A DNA stretch of 63,850 nucleotides, filler included, from Reticulomyxa filosa (GCA_000512085.1; 24 parts of 24 records of this genome joined end to end with filler, not necessarily neighbours in it), one strand, 5' to 3'. Shown: positions 12,385-26,835, counted from the first letter of the whole stretch. Made by a program: numbers and translations. The notes: generated from the sequence alone by a model not told the origin.

Positions 12385-13333
12385 TTATGTGAGCAACTTG
12401 GGCAATTTGAATCGAAAGAAATTAGCGACAGGTAATGAAATGACGACAATGATAAATATAGACCCGAGGGCCAATTTTACAGCAAATGTCGAAAAGCCGC
12501 CTTTGAAAACGATTCTGCTGAAGGCGCCAGAGACATTACACCAAGGACTGCTGCCTTCGCACAGTGACATGCCCCGAGCATTATCATCCGTTTGCAGCGA
12601 TACACATTATCCCGGTCCCAGCCACGCCAACCGTGTGATTGAAGCGAGACTTATCGGGGCAGGGGGACCCTCGCTGTCGCGAGCAACTCCTACGACGACA
12701 ACAACAGGAACAACAGGAGCAACAGGAGCAACAGGAACAACAGGAACAACAGGAACAACAGGAACAGGAACAACAGGAACAACAGCAACAACAGCAACGA
12801 CAGCAACGACAGCGACGACCACTACTACCACCGCTGGCACTTCCACGACATCGACAATGGCGACAACCCCGTCGCTATCCGCCAGCACGCATTTGCTCAA
12901 AGCAGGAGAGAATGTTAATCGCAAAGTGTCTGTCCCATTGTCAGTGTCCGTGTCCGTCCCTCTTTCCATGTCCATGCCAATGTCAATGCCAGTGCCGATC
13001 CCAATGCTCATGTCCTCCGTCCCAGCCACAGCCGAGACGTCGACATTGACTCGACCTTTTACGCAAATGTCCTTCAAGATTCCAGGGGCGACGCCAACCA
13101 ATTCGACCAATATTGTCGGAGATAACCTATCATCCATAGGCATGCATATGAACACCAACACGAATATGAATACTTTGAATATGAACATGAACATGAACAT
13201 GAACATGGCGGCGCTGAACACGCTTCATTTGAACCGCTCCACGATCCTTGGCGCCACACTTCAAAGGCAAGCTGCACAGCAGATGATTGAACAAAGAAAA
13301 ATAATGGATGCCATGCAACCACAGGTGCAGCTG
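12385..13333 (+). CDS. Low-complexity Thr/Gly/Met/Asn-rich protein fragment
   Basis: Open 330-codon frame with (ACAACAGGA)n and (ATGAAC)n coding repeats. Confidence 0.5.
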
Positions 13334-13433
13334 NNNNNNNNNNNNNNNNNNNNNNNNNNNNNNNNNNNNNNNNNNNNTTAATTAATTAANNNNNNNNNNN
13401 NNNNNNNNNNNNNNNNNNNNNNNNNNNNNNNNN

Positions 13434-14116
13434 TTTGGTGAATACGCTTCTTTCCAAGGACATTCCAAAGGTGTTAATTCAGTCAATTTTCACCTGATGG
13501 ATTGAAGATCATGTCCGGTTCAAATGATAAAACTATTCGATTATGGAATGCATTAACTGGAGAAATGCTTCAGATATTAGAAGGGCATAAACATCATATC
13601 AGCTCAGTACAATTTTCCCCTGACGGATCTAAGATTGTGTCTGGTTCATGGGATAAAACTGTTCGATTATGGGATACCTTATCAGGAAAACAACTCCAAG
13701 TATTAGAAGGACATACAAGTATAACAAGTTTTGTGCAATTTTCACCTGGCGGTTCTATAATAGCGTCCGGTTCATATGATAATACTATTCGATTATGGGA
13801 TGTAGCATCTGGAAAACAGCTTCAAAAATTGGAAGGGCATTCTGATACTATTACTTCTATAGAATTCTCGTCTGATGGATTTAAAATAGTATCAGCTTCA
13901 AATGACAAAACTATTCGATTGTGGAAACTTCCTTCTCAATATCATAAAATTAACTTCTCTGATCCAGAAAACAGCAATCTTTGTTTGTGGAAATGCGTTT
14001 GGCAGAGTGGAGTTCCATATTGTGGTTTATCGATGAAGAGAAGTATTTGGAAAGGTGCGAAAGGTTTAATTTCACCACAGATATTGCTCGTGGAACAACG
14101 TGGAGGAACTTTTTAG
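13434..14116 (+). CDS. 3' part of a NACHT-pentapeptide-WD40 family paralogue with 4 WD40 repeats
   Basis: Begins FGEYA..GH and ends GLSMKRSIWKGAKGL..LLVEQRGGTF, both shared with the 44384-48934 gene; one-base frameshift near 13484. Confidence 0.8.
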
Positions 14117-14632
14117 GCAATTGAGCTTTCACAACGATTTTAGTCTGATAAAATCTTCTTTTCAAACCTATTTCGCTATGTAAATAAAAAATTTTAGCTG
14201 TCAAATTGAATGATTAAAAAAAAGATACCAAATATGATCTATCCGCACATTTTTGATTTCTTTTGATTTAAATATTAAAATTCATAAATTTTTTACGATG
14301 AGTGTAATTTGATGAAAGATGTTAGGTGCGCTGGAGAAAAGACATTGAAATTATTTTTTAAAAATCAAAAGAAATCATAATTAGGACAAAAATAAACAAA
14401 ATTTGAGGCAAGTATCAAACACTTGCAATCAAACAGGCCACAAAATTGGCATTGCTTGACTTCACACCGCAACCACCACAGCCTATGTTATATACGTGTG
14501 TATTCATCATACGTATTTCAAATGTTTTCAAANNNNNNNNNNNNNNNNNNNNNNNNNNNNNNNNNNNNNNNNNNNNTTAATTAATTAANNNNNNNNNNNN
14601 NNNNNNNNNNNNNNNNNNNNNNNNNNNNNNNN

Positions 14633-15897
14633 TGACTCTGGGCGATAATGAAGTGGATTTAGAAAATGTGATCAAGCTAGAGGAACAATTGCAAGCAATC
14701 GAAGATGCCAAAAATTTTGTGTTTGAACATGTTGATAAAAAGATTCAACTTGATATCGGAAAGATGGAGTGTGAAACAAAATTATCAATTGAAAAATGGA
14801 TGCTCAAAGTGGTAGCAACTGTGAAGGCTGCCATCAATTCCTGCAATTTCTGGGAAGCAGAGGAGAAGATAATGTTAGTTCGAAATTTTACTCGCATTTT
14901 GGGAAATCGCTTCGAACAAATTTCTTTTGATGACAGCAAAGAAGAAAAGATGAAGGAAAAAACCGACAAAATTTCCAATAGTATTGATCAATTGGAAAAA
15001 CAGTTGCAAAAGGTATTGGAAACAGTTGTCAAAAAATACAAAGACATTGATTTAAAAACTTCAAATTTTAATCCATACGCTTCCAATCCACCCAAGGACC
15101 TGTATGCCAAATTAATAAAGTAATGCAACTGCTTCCACATACAATTACAAAGAGTCATGGAGTGAAATCGAAGAAGAATTACCCAGAAAGTTCGAGACCA
15201 ATTACAAGAGATTCGCAAACAAGTGAAAGACCTCAGTTCGCGAGAACTGGAGGCACGTATCCGAGTTTGTGAATCGGTGTTAAATTCGTTGCCCAAACAC
15301 ATGCAAGATATACTAGGAGAAGAAATCAAACAATGTCATGATGACGTAAAGTGTGAAATCGAAAATATGTTGAAAGAAGTAGAACAGGTGATTCAGAAAA
15401 GGAAATGTGCAAGATATCAACGAATTACTGAATCGTAGCACTTCCAATCAAAAGAGAAACATTGAATTTGGCGTAAACAAAATAATGGAAGACATTATTT
15501 CACGAATGGACAAGCAATGGGCGGAAGAGGATACAGCAGGGGCACTCAACACCTTTATTGAGTTAGTTCGCTTTATCAATACGTTGAAAAGCAAAATAAA
15601 TCTCGATAAATACATTAATCGAGCTCGTGACAGCTTGGAAAATACGTTTGATAAGTATCAAAGGAATATCATTACTAATTTTGATACTCTCGACCAAGAC
15701 ACGAGTATGTTGAAATGGACGGAAAGAGCATTTACCTTTGTAATTTCTTGTATCGATTTGAAAGCAAACATGAGTGGCATCGATACATCTAATATGAATG
15801 AAAAGTTTAAAGAACTGCAAAATAAAACTATGGATTATTTTACTTCATTTCAGGAACGATATAAAAAGAGCATGGATGCAAGAACGCTGAGGAATTA
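14633..15897 (+). CDS. Internal fragment of a large all-helical protein, several frameshifts
   Basis: Consecutive ORFs join after restoring single bases in A-runs (near 15115, 15128, 15178, 15405). Confidence 0.5.
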
Positions 15898-16050
15898 NNN
15901 NNNNNNNNNNNNNNNNNNNNNNNNNNNNNNNNNNNNNNNNNTTAATTAATTAANNNNNNNNNNNNNNNNNNNNNNNNNNNNNNNNNNNNNNNNNNNNAAA
16001 AAAAAAAAAAAAAAAGACAAGTATATAATGTAAACAATATAGAGCAAACC

Positions 16051-17190
16051 TGGTTTGCCTGTGGAAGGTTGTGTGATGTTGTACGAAGCATTGACCAAAT
16101 CGAGAGGAATTCCTTGAGCATTGTTTGATAAAAATGGATAATGAGCACCTACGCTACTGCTGCCATAATAGCTGGCATTGGGGACATTATTCGTCGTGCC
16201 TGTGGATGGGATGGCGGTGGTGTTGGAATTCATACCCGAAGTTGGAGTGTTGCCAACGGCGTAATCATAGTAAGGAAATCCCATCGATGCTTGATAGGCA
16301 TACATAGCAGGATCCATCATTCCGTACGCTGTTGTTATAGATTGATAAAACCCCATATATATATATATATATATACATACATATATGTGTGTGTATGTGT
16401 TCCATGTTATACGTACTCCACCATAAATAGATTTGTGAACAAACAAAACAAAACAAAACTTTGTGATGGCTGAAACAAATCCGAGTTATTCATTAAATGA
16501 GGATGATTGAGCATTCCAACATTACCCAAGTTCAATCCAGTTGGGATATTATGATGAAAATCATCCTCGAGATGCTGTTGCTGTTGTTGATATTTGAATC
16601 GACTGCTGTTGCTGTGAATGCCCTTGTTATGTTCAGTGATACTATTCGGATTGGCGTAGTGGCTATTGTTATTGCGATAGTTTTTTCGTCCTCGACGTCG
16701 TCCAGGAAACCCATTTCCAGAACGATTGTTACCACCCATGTTCATGGTCCCCAAAGGGCTGGACATTGAATTCATTCCCGCTGTCATCGTTGGGCTTGTC
16801 AGTGTCGTGGAACCACCCGTGGCAATGATGCCACTACCACCGCTGGAATCGATCATATCGTGGAAATTGCCTCTTGGCTGGATGTGCATGTGGTTATGAC
16901 CATGATTATGATTGTGGTTATGGTTATGGTTATGATTATGGTTATGATTGTGGTTGTGATTGTGATTGTGGCTGTGTTCTTTGCGTCGATTACGATTCGG
17001 GTATGTATTCCACATATCATCATTCATAACATCAGGAAGGTCGTTGTCGTGTCCCGATTGTCCATGCATTTGATGCTTGGCTGCTTCCAACAGCACTGCT
17101 GCCATGTTCTCATCTTCGATCATTCTCACCGATGCGCTGTCATCTGCTTCATCCATATTTCGAGCACGAAATCCAATCTTCGGTTGAAAT
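16051..17190 (-). CDS. Low-complexity His/Asn-rich protein fragment with a (HN)n tract
   Basis: Open frames 16460-17190 and 16051-16340 separated by a (TA)n-containing intron. Confidence 0.5.
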
Positions 17191-17363
17191 GGATCACTTT
17201 TATTACAAAAAAAAAANNNNNNNNNNNNNNNNNNNNNNNNNNNNNNNNNNNNNNNNNNNNTTAATTAATTAANNNNNNNNNNNNNNNNNNNNNNNNNNNN
17301 NNNNNNNNNNNNNNNNATATACATATATATATATATATATATGCAAAATAGTATCCGGCTCAT

Positions 17364-20116
17364 TTGACACAAATATTGCATCTGTTTGCAAAGAACGAAT
17401 GGTTCGAAGAGAGCACAATGGACGCGTTTGCAAAAACGTTGTCGTTTTTATCAAGCGACAGCTATGCGACGGAATATGTTCCTATCGTTCCAGTGAACGA
17501 AGAGTTTTCAAACGACGGCGATTTGATGGAGATAGACATCAACACAATGCTGAATGACATATACAAACGTGTGTTGGGGTATGTATTGCAGCGCAACGAC
17601 GAAGAGGCGGGAGATACAGTCAACTTTTGCAACGAAATAAAACAAACCAGCGACATAATGTATTTAACATTGCAGAATCTGTTCACGCACTCGCGTGACT
17701 TCAATTCAATCGATGCAAAGACGCCATTATATTCGGGACACACCGACAGCGAGTACGTAGGTGCATATATCACTCAAAACAATTCGCAAAGCGTGCGCAT
17801 ATTCATTCCGACGTTTTTGCCGTCGGAAACGTCCGAACTGTTGCTGTCCATATCGGATGTGTATTTGAGTTCGAGTTATATTAGCAATGGCGAGATCCTT
17901 GGCATCATTGTGCATGCATATAACCCGTCCGATCTCAATGTATCCTGTTTCCTCATGGACGCGTCCCAAATCAAAAACATTACGGCCTTGGCTGCAGTAA
18001 ACATTACCAAAGTCACGGGCGAAACAAATGCGATCGCGATAAAAACGCCGAGAAGCAGAACGAGAGCAAGACATCTCTTCCAGACTGTCGACTTGTCCAC
18101 CAATGTCGTGACGACGGTACAAGTGTCCGAGACTATTCTTGCGCAGTTGCGAAATGACTCGGGACGTGAGAACACAGACGCAAACAATTTGAACTTGCTT
18201 AAAACCTATGTGAAATGCATCCAAACGACGTCGACGACGACAATGACGAATGGCTTTACATCGTTTGCGAATGCGAGTAAGTGCACTTTGGTGGCCATGA
18301 ATACCTTCACGGTGCAATGCTTTTGTCCAAAGGACGGCCTGTTGGCTATCGTCGTCATTGCGCCATCGTCGTCGGAAGAGCTGCATGCGACATCTTCGGA
18401 GCAAAGACATCGAAGAGAAATACAGTGGTTGTTCTTTGGAGTGTTGTTTGCCATTTTGGGTTCGTTTTGTTGTTGTTGCTCGTTGCGACGAAAAGAGCCT
18501 CGAGAACGATCTCAAAAACAATCATATCAATTACAGCAATCACAACAAGAACAACAAGGACAACACACACAACAAGAACAACAAACACAACAAGCACAGC
18601 CCTCAGAACAACCACAAACACAACAAAGTAATTGTAAACTTTGCCCACAACAGTATAACTATGAATGTTGTGGAAATACAGTGTCCGACTCCGAACACAA
18701 TATCATCAGCTTCATTCTGATTATCACGTTTTCAATCCAATTCATCATGTGCATTTGGATGTACTTGTATCACTCCAATCAACAGCACTTTGCGTACAAA
18801 GGAAGAATGGGTTTCATGACCTTGGCCTTTTGCACTTGCATTCTTTTGTATGCATTGTTCATGTGGATCCTCATTTGCTGGGAAGTCAAAAGTAAACAGC
18901 TTGGCTGCTGCGGCAAAGACATGCGATTGTTTTGCGAAATGTGGTTACTTTTGCCACCCTTGTTCATTGTCGCTGCTGTTTGTCTGGGTATATTTGTCGT
19001 CATTTGGGTTTTGAACACCGACTACCAGCCATGGAGTTCTTTTTTTTTTTACATTATTCATACTTTTGAAGAAGCATATTCGTGTTGTATGTTTGTGCAA
19101 TGTGTTGTTCAAACAGTTTCGCTGACAGTATTTTGTGTCGCCTTGTCCATGATTTCGCTGTTTTTTGTGCGATGGCTGGTGTTAATTTGTATTTGCTGCT
19201 TCAAGCCACGAGAAGATGAAAGTGAAGCCCAAGACAACAATGAAACGGCAAGTGAAAGCGCCAATGCACCTGCCAATCACACCTCTTCCAAAGACACGCA
19301 CGCCAACAAATGGAAGTGTTTTTTCAATACCAGTTTTTTGGCCATTCTCGGTCTTGCGTTGCTGTTGTTCAATGTCTGTTTTGTTTCCAACTTATACATT
19401 TACATACATATACATTTATATGCATGTACATATATATAGATATATGAATGTTGTGACAATAGGCCATTGTAATACTGTATTTGGCCGAGACCAAAGACAA
19501 AACCTGGAATAGCTACACCACAGAAATTATGGTAACTGCATTTGAAGCGGCTCATGCGGTATTGTATGCATTGGTTCTCATTACCTTGTGGTACTTTAAC
19601 AAAGTTTACGGAACCAAAGACTTGAACTTGTTTAGGACCATGCATTCCAGTCATGCGTCCATTAATTTGGATGGAATCACTTCGCCCCGCACTGAGCCGA
19701 ATGACTTTGTCACTGCCAAAGGAGGTTTGGTCATGAGATAACAACAAAGTGATCTTTGATCTTTGAATCGATAAAATAATAATAATAAATAAATAAATAA
19801 ATAATGGAATAGAAACAACGGTCGAAAGCAATCGAAAGACAACTGCCGCCGCAACATGGGATATGAAAGAAGGCACAAATGAATCAAAGGTTCTTTGGTA
19901 CAAATTTCCATTTGGAAATGCAGAGGATCAGGAAGACTCGTTTGTTCGAGCGCCGAATCTGGGGGCCTTTGGCACAATGACTCTAAAGACAGCAGTCGTG
20001 CCAGGGAACATGACGGACACCGAGTCGGGCGAATTCGAGGACAATACCACGGAAGAATACGACGAACGGCACGGGGGTAATGTAGAACAAGAAGAAGAAG
20101 AAGAAGAAGAAGAAGA
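17364..20116 (+). CDS. Large multi-pass membrane protein with extracellular region and degenerate GPS-like motif (partial)
   Basis: 691-codon ORF; C..C..CxC followed by GLLAIVV just upstream of the first TM; several TM segments; further exons to 20116. Confidence 0.6.
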
Positions 20117-20216
20117 NNNNNNNNNNNNNNNNNNNNNNNNNNNNNNNNNNNNNNNNNNNNTTAATTAATTAANNNNNNNNNNNNNNNNNNNNNNNNNNNN
20201 NNNNNNNNNNNNNNNN

Positions 20217-21771
20217 AGGAAGTTCATCGCACTCGTGAAAGACAAAGCATTGACAAATGGTGACGAAGGCAATTTGTGACGACAGAATGACGGCAAAGGC
20301 TTCGATACCATTGGACATGTGATATTTTTGTGTTAGCAAATAGCCCAAGACACAAACAGTGACGCAAGCAGTGACAGCGGAGCAAATGCTCAAAACGACA
20401 TAGCGAATCAACAAGTCGACCAACACTTGATCTTTTCCCGAGAAAGTGACAAAAGAGACAGTTTCATTGGGATGCACAGAGGATGGACTTTTGAAGTCAT
20501 CGGTGCCATTACTATCTCCAGGCTTGAGCTCTATCGATTTTTGTTTCTCGCTATCTAAATTCGAAAAGCTGATCATCGCCTCGTGCTTGTCCTCGTCTGG
20601 TTTCTCACTCAGCACTACTTTGTTCCGAGGAGCAAATGACCCTTTGGCCAAAGGAATCGCCCCTTGTTTCGAAGGCGCTTCAAACGTTACCTTGTCATTA
20701 CCAACTGTACGAGGCTGTTTCAGTCCTACCCTTTTGGAACCCTATTTTTTTTTTTTTTTTATTTTTTTTGTCATTTGTTTGTGGTTTGTTATTATTCACT
20801 TGTTTTATATTTTCATACAAACAATATATATACATATATATATATATATATGTATATAATGTTATATAAACACGATAAACATACGCACATGGCATTATCA
20901 GAAGCGTCCGCTTCGTGATAAAATTCATATCTCTCAGCTCTCGTTTCTCTGCGATTGCCATGAGTGATTTTTCTTTTCATTTGCAAATCGGCACTTGAGA
21001 TGATCACTTCTTGCAGCCTTCGAGTCAACATTGAACATAGGGCAGCCGTTGCCATTATTTGTGATATCATTGCCACAATAAGGATCACCGTGGATGCTGT
21101 TCCATGTGATGCCCCTTTCTGGTTTTCCCACAGCCAAAGCCCAATGAAGCAGCTCACCGCGTTGCAAAATATCCACAGCATCATCCAATCAATTGGTCCT
21201 TCTTGTGTTTCATGTAGCGTTCCTTCACATATCGTTCTCATTCGTACTTTTTTTTTTTTAATTTGTCCCCCCCCCCTTTTGGTTGGTCTCAAACATTATC
21301 ACACTTTATTTCATTTATTCTTTGTTTATTTATTTTTTTGATATGACTATGGAAAAAAAAAATGCTTCGTCTTTTATATGAGTTTTTTCTCTCTTCTTTC
21401 CTCCCCCCTTTTTTTTCCTCCTTCTCGCCCCTCCCCCCCCCCTCTTAGGTTCACACTGCAGAACTTCGAAGTAACATGTAAACTGCCATGAAGCCGGCAA
21501 TCCCACATGCAAAGTCAATCGTTGGCACTGCCGATGACACACTGTGCGCAGAGGAATTACTGAAGAAATGTATTTGTAGCACCAAACTCATAACCACTGA
21601 TGCTGCAAAGGTCAACAAGGATACAACCCCAGACAGGACCACACCAGCAAAAGGCTTGTCTGAATCCTTTACTTTATTAAAATAGCGTATTATATAAAAT
21701 GCTGCTATGCTGATAAATATAAGTGTCAACACATGGATTGCTGTACAAAATCCTTGCAATGCTGACGCCAT
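20217..21771 (-). CDS. 7TM-like membrane protein, 3 exons, 3'-truncated
   Basis: Hydrophobic helices in exons approx. 21771-21450, 21245-20890 and 20742-20217, with a long Ser-rich loop before the last two TMs. Confidence 0.6.
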
Positions 21772-22925
21772 TCTTTTTTTTCAATAATCACCTCCGGGGA
21801 AATTGAACAAATCCAAACTTAAAAAAACACTTTAGCTTTTGTCGAAGAAATCTGTAACCAGAAAGAGTGTAAAATTCCGTCAAACCTTTATTTCTTGTTG
21901 TCGGTTATATCAAGTGCAACAAAAATTTGTAAATCAGTTTGTCAAATCCAATAGTTTCCTTGTATAATCTCATATGTACCTTGTTTTGGTTTTTGCACAA
22001 AAAAAATATTGAAAATGACAAATACGAATGAAACAATACCAAAAATCCAGAAAATTTGTTGTCTTTTTATATCTTTTTTTGAAAAATCAACATCGTACAG
22101 TCTGATACGTGGAAGCCAAAAACATGACAGATCTTTGTATTGCAGTCATTTGTCAATCTACCATTTGACTAGCTTCTTTTATATAATAACTTTACAGCTT
22201 AGAACAACATCATTGTTAGAAATTTAACTCATTTACATTTATTTATAACGAGTTTTGAAGTTATTTTGTTTGTTGCCAATTTGTTACAAATGATTTCATT
22301 TGTTATTATTCTCATGCAGAACATATTATGATAAAACTAGAAATTATTTTTTTTTTGACAGATTAAACGAATTGTAAAAAATAAAGTATTTTGTAAAAAG
22401 TTCTAAAAAAGAAGTGCGATGCATGTAAGATGAATATGGCATATACGTTTAATAGTTTTATATAGCAGATTTATTATTACTAATAAAAAAATAAAATTGA
22501 ATGCCCTTGATTTGTACAACAATTGTTTTTATTTTTACTAGATAAACTATGTTTTGAAATTATATGCTGGATTCAATCACTTGAATCACACTTTTTATAA
22601 CATTTCTTTTTTTAAAAAATAAAATATAATATATTTCAGTTGTTTACAACAAATTTATGTTAGAAATTGAATTTTTTATTAAAATTGAAAAAGTGCACAA
22701 AAGTTAGTGAATTACTTTAGCTCTTTAAACAGCAGCAGTTGCCGCATTGAACAGCAGACAAAATAAACAAAGATTTTCATTATTAATCACTTCAATCAAA
22801 AGAAATATGGATTCAAATCTAATCCAAATTGAAAATTGCTCAGCTGATTCACAAAGATTGTCTATTCTTTTTTGTTTTTGCGTAGTTACAGGTTGGAAAA
22901 ACTCATTGTTATAAGCCGATGACTG

Positions 22926-25037
22926 ATGTCATTCTTTGATTTTCTTAATTATATAAACATCTTGAATGGATATTATTTGTTTCTCTTATTTGGAAATATG
23001 TTGACGGGGACGGGCAAGATGTCGGACGTGAAGCAAAGAATGAGCGACAAACATGAAAAACTTGAAAAATTTGATCGACCGAATATTGTGTTTATTTTAG
23101 CAGATGACATGGGCTACGGCGATGTTGGCGTGTATTCGGTGTACCCACACAAAAACAGCAATTACAAGTTGGAGACTCCATATTTGAATCAAATGGCCAG
23201 TGATGGGATACTCTTCACCGACGCATATGCAGGGGCACCTGTCTGTGCACCGTCTCGTTGCACTTTTATCACCGGTTAACAATGGAACATACGTATAACC
23301 ACATACATGTGTATATGTTATATACACATCATATATGTACAAATGCTTAAAATAGGAGCACATAGTGGCCACTGCAGTGTACGTGAAAATGGTCAATACT
23401 TGAAAGCCGACGACGTGAGCGTAGCCGAATTGCTGCGCGACTATGGTGGTTATGACACAGCAATGTTCGGAAAGTGGGGCTTAGGAGAAGTCGATACGGA
23501 AGATCCGTCCATGAGTTACAATGATCCAGTGTCGAAGGGTTTCAACTTGTACGTAGGACAAATGGACCAAAATGATTGCCACAATTACTACCCTTACGTG
23601 CAATGGACCAATCAGATGCAGTCTTATCTCACTAACAATCTCAATGCCTCCACCACTTGGTGTCAACAGCCTAATTTCCCAAAGTTTTTTTTTTGTTGTT
23701 CCAAAGAGGGAGGGGACACATTAAGCTAAGTACTTTTTGTTTATTTGTTTGTTTGCCTAATTTAATTTTCGATTAGATGTGATTGGAGTGGTGATGTATG
23801 GACCAATGGAGCTGTCAGTTAACGGATGAATGAAAATAGCAATAGTAGAATAAATATATCATAACAACAACAAAAATGATGTTGGATGTTATAGACTATT
23901 TGTTGAATGCACAACGGCATAAACAACCCTTTTTTTTGTTCGTGAGTTACACCACGCCACACTCGGGTGATGTCGGAGATGATGAAGAAAATGGAGTCCC
24001 TATCCCAAGAATTGAAGAGGGCCCCTACTTTTTGTTCAACAATACTGTCAAAGGTCCGACAGGAATATTTTGGTTTGTATATATGTATACGTATACGTAC
24101 ACATAAATATATACAGATATACTTGTATACGTATGTGGTACTCCATATAAAATATGATCCCCCTCCTTCTTTTATTCTTTTTTTAACTCCAAAAAAAAAA
24201 AAAAAAAAAAAAAGAGTTGTTTTGGGCTATTGTTTGTCCAATAGGCCTTACGTGGAAGTGCAATACGCCACTGCCATCACATGGGTGGATGAATTGACCG
24301 GGACGTTATTGGCAGCATTGGACCAAAACAATTTAACTGACAATACAGTTTCTTTTTTACCAGTGATAACGGTGCTTCAAACGAAGGGGGACAAAATTAC
24401 AAGTTTTTTGCGAGCAGTGGTAACTTAACAGGTTACAAAAGATCTTTAAAAGAAGGCGGCCATCGAGAACCTCTTATTGTTTAATGATTACATACATATA
24501 TAAACATATACATATATATATATATATATATATACTTTTTATAGAAGATTAAAAAAGAATAACATAATGAAAAAGGTAAAATGGCCAGCTCAAATTGAGG
24601 CAGGACAGGTAAGTAATTACCAGTGGACGTTTTACGATTTCTTGGCAACAGCATTGGATTTGGCTCAAGTGAATGAAACGCTGTGGCCTTACACGGATGG
24701 TATATCGATGCTGCCTTTGTTGTTAGGGGATGCCAACTTGCAACCCATTCATTCGTTTATCTATCACGAATACTGTGAACCGAATGAAGACAAACAAGGG
24801 TGGGGACAGCAAGTGCGCATTGGAAATTGGACTGGTCTTTGCATCGGTAACAAACCGTTGAACACCAGTTTTATACCCGTTTGCAACACCACCACCTTTG
24901 AACTCTACGATTTACAAACGGACTTGGCGCAAGAAAAGAATCTTGCTCAAATTCCAGAAAATGCTGTCCTTGTTCAGCAGATGCTGGATATCATGAAAGA
25001 ACAACACATCAATGGTAATTATTGTGTTGGTGCATAA
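22926..25037 (+). CDS. Formylglycine-dependent sulfatase (arylsulfatase-like), multi-exon
   Basis: RPNIVFILADDMGYGD, CAPSR (CxPxR), GKWGLG, PFFLFVSYTTPH, TSDNG, GYKRSLKEGGHREP, FELYDLQTD; one frameshift in a T-run near 24352. Confidence 0.92.
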
Positions 25038-26459
25038 AAAAAAAACAACAACATATTTTATGTCTATTTTCACGTGTTTTATACATATCTATGGCACGTC
25101 TCATTTTTTGTTCAATTGTAAATTGCATTTTAAAAAAACTTGTTTTTTTTTCCAATGTGCATAAGCTACTTTCATTAATTTCTCATTTTTAAATAAAACT
25201 TTTACTCCGGCCATTTATTTTGTTCCAAAAAAAAATGCTTATAATTTAATTTTTCTGGATTAACTGCTGGTGTTACATCACGTGATTATATTTAGTTGTT
25301 ATTGTTTACTTTTAAATAGAAAACTCTTTTCCAGGTTCGTGATGTGTCATTTGATGCACGAGGTTGAACAAGCACATTACTTTTCTGTTTTTTCAAACAG
25401 CATATACAAGTTGCGGCATTCTTCAGATCGCTTAGACATAAGCAAAAGGCACGAAATCGCGGCTTATTCCGATTTCAATTTATTCAAATTTGTAGTTACA
25501 ACAAAACTACTGATGAAATTATTGCGTCTTTTTATTATTTAATCCTAAATACGCTGTTTGATCTTTGCACTTTTGACAGATATCAAGTGAAATAATTCAA
25601 AAGTATCCAAAGTAAGAATAAAGAGAATGTCAGCCACCAAATTAAAACAGTATTACATAAAGGAGATAATTTGAATATTTAATGATTTTCTTTTAATTTT
25701 GATAATTCCTTTATTTATTAGAAAAAGTGTGTTGCATGTGTGATAATTAGGGTATTTAAAAATGTATTTTCCAATTTTTTTAGAAAGAGTATTTGCTTAA
25801 AAATACAGTTTATCTTTCGAAAAACAATCAATTTATTATATTTGAATTTAAATAAAATAAATTAGAATTTTTTAAATAAATATATTATTGGTCCCAGAAA
25901 TAAGCACATGAATGACACTTTTTTTTTTCAAACAAATATAAAAAAAAATGGATATTATCATATTGTAAAGTGAACATGGTAAAAATAGTAAACTTGATGT
26001 TATTTTATTTTTTGGTCTTGACAAGAACAGAAACAAACAAATAAATAATTTTTTATTCAAATTATCAACAAGTTTTTGATGTAAAATATAGATTTAATCC
26101 TATCGCACTTTCAAATCAATTAAAAGTCTTGGATATAAGTTTGATGTTCAAATCCGATTTTGAGTTGAACATTACATATTTTTAGAATATCAAACATATG
26201 CTTTTTTGTTCTATTCCACATCAAAAAACATTTTAAAAAAGGTATTTCACAATCAAGCATTTTTTTTTGGAGTGGAGTAGGGTTTTTTTTAGAAGAAAAC
26301 TGGAGTAGTTTTTTTTGGAAGGATAAACTATCTTCTTAGAAATAGAAAACTGGTATACGTGCTTGTAGAAACATTCAGAAAAAACTGAAACTGTTAACAG
26401 AATTTCTTCTGAAAATATAGTGCAAATTCTTTTTGGTGATAAAAAATTAAAGATGTTTT

Positions 26460-26835
26460 CTTTTAAAATTTGAATTGTCTTTACCGATAAGCCAATGAAA
26501 TATTCCATTGAAAAAAGATATTTTGTTTGTGTGATTGTATTGTTATCAATTGGTTTGCCGTCACATATTACAAATATTTAGCTATCTTAAAACTATTTCA
26601 ATGCTTACTTTGCATCTGTTGGAGTTATTAAAGCTCTACAGGTTGAGATATATGCTACATAAACGCATAGATTTGCGTTCCTGAAATACGCAATATTCGA
26701 GTTACGTTATTGTTTGATGACGTAAAAATCTTATAACTATCTGAAACATATCCAAACAATTTCGCCAAAGTCACGAATCCAACTCAATCCCTTATTTCAA
26801 TTTTATCCAATTTGAACAATTGTTTGTATGAAATA
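26460..26835 (-). pseudogene. Highly decayed remnant of a box-WD40 gene
   Basis: Frameshifted reading IQTIVQ/WIKLK/LSWIRDFGEIV, then SVKTIQI downstream. Confidence 0.3.

Noticed and set aside
14633-15897. Programmed frameshifting or RNA editing to explain repeated frame changes
   Set aside because: Most shifts across the window are single-base indels in homopolymers, as expected from sequencing error or pseudogene decay; raw reads are needed
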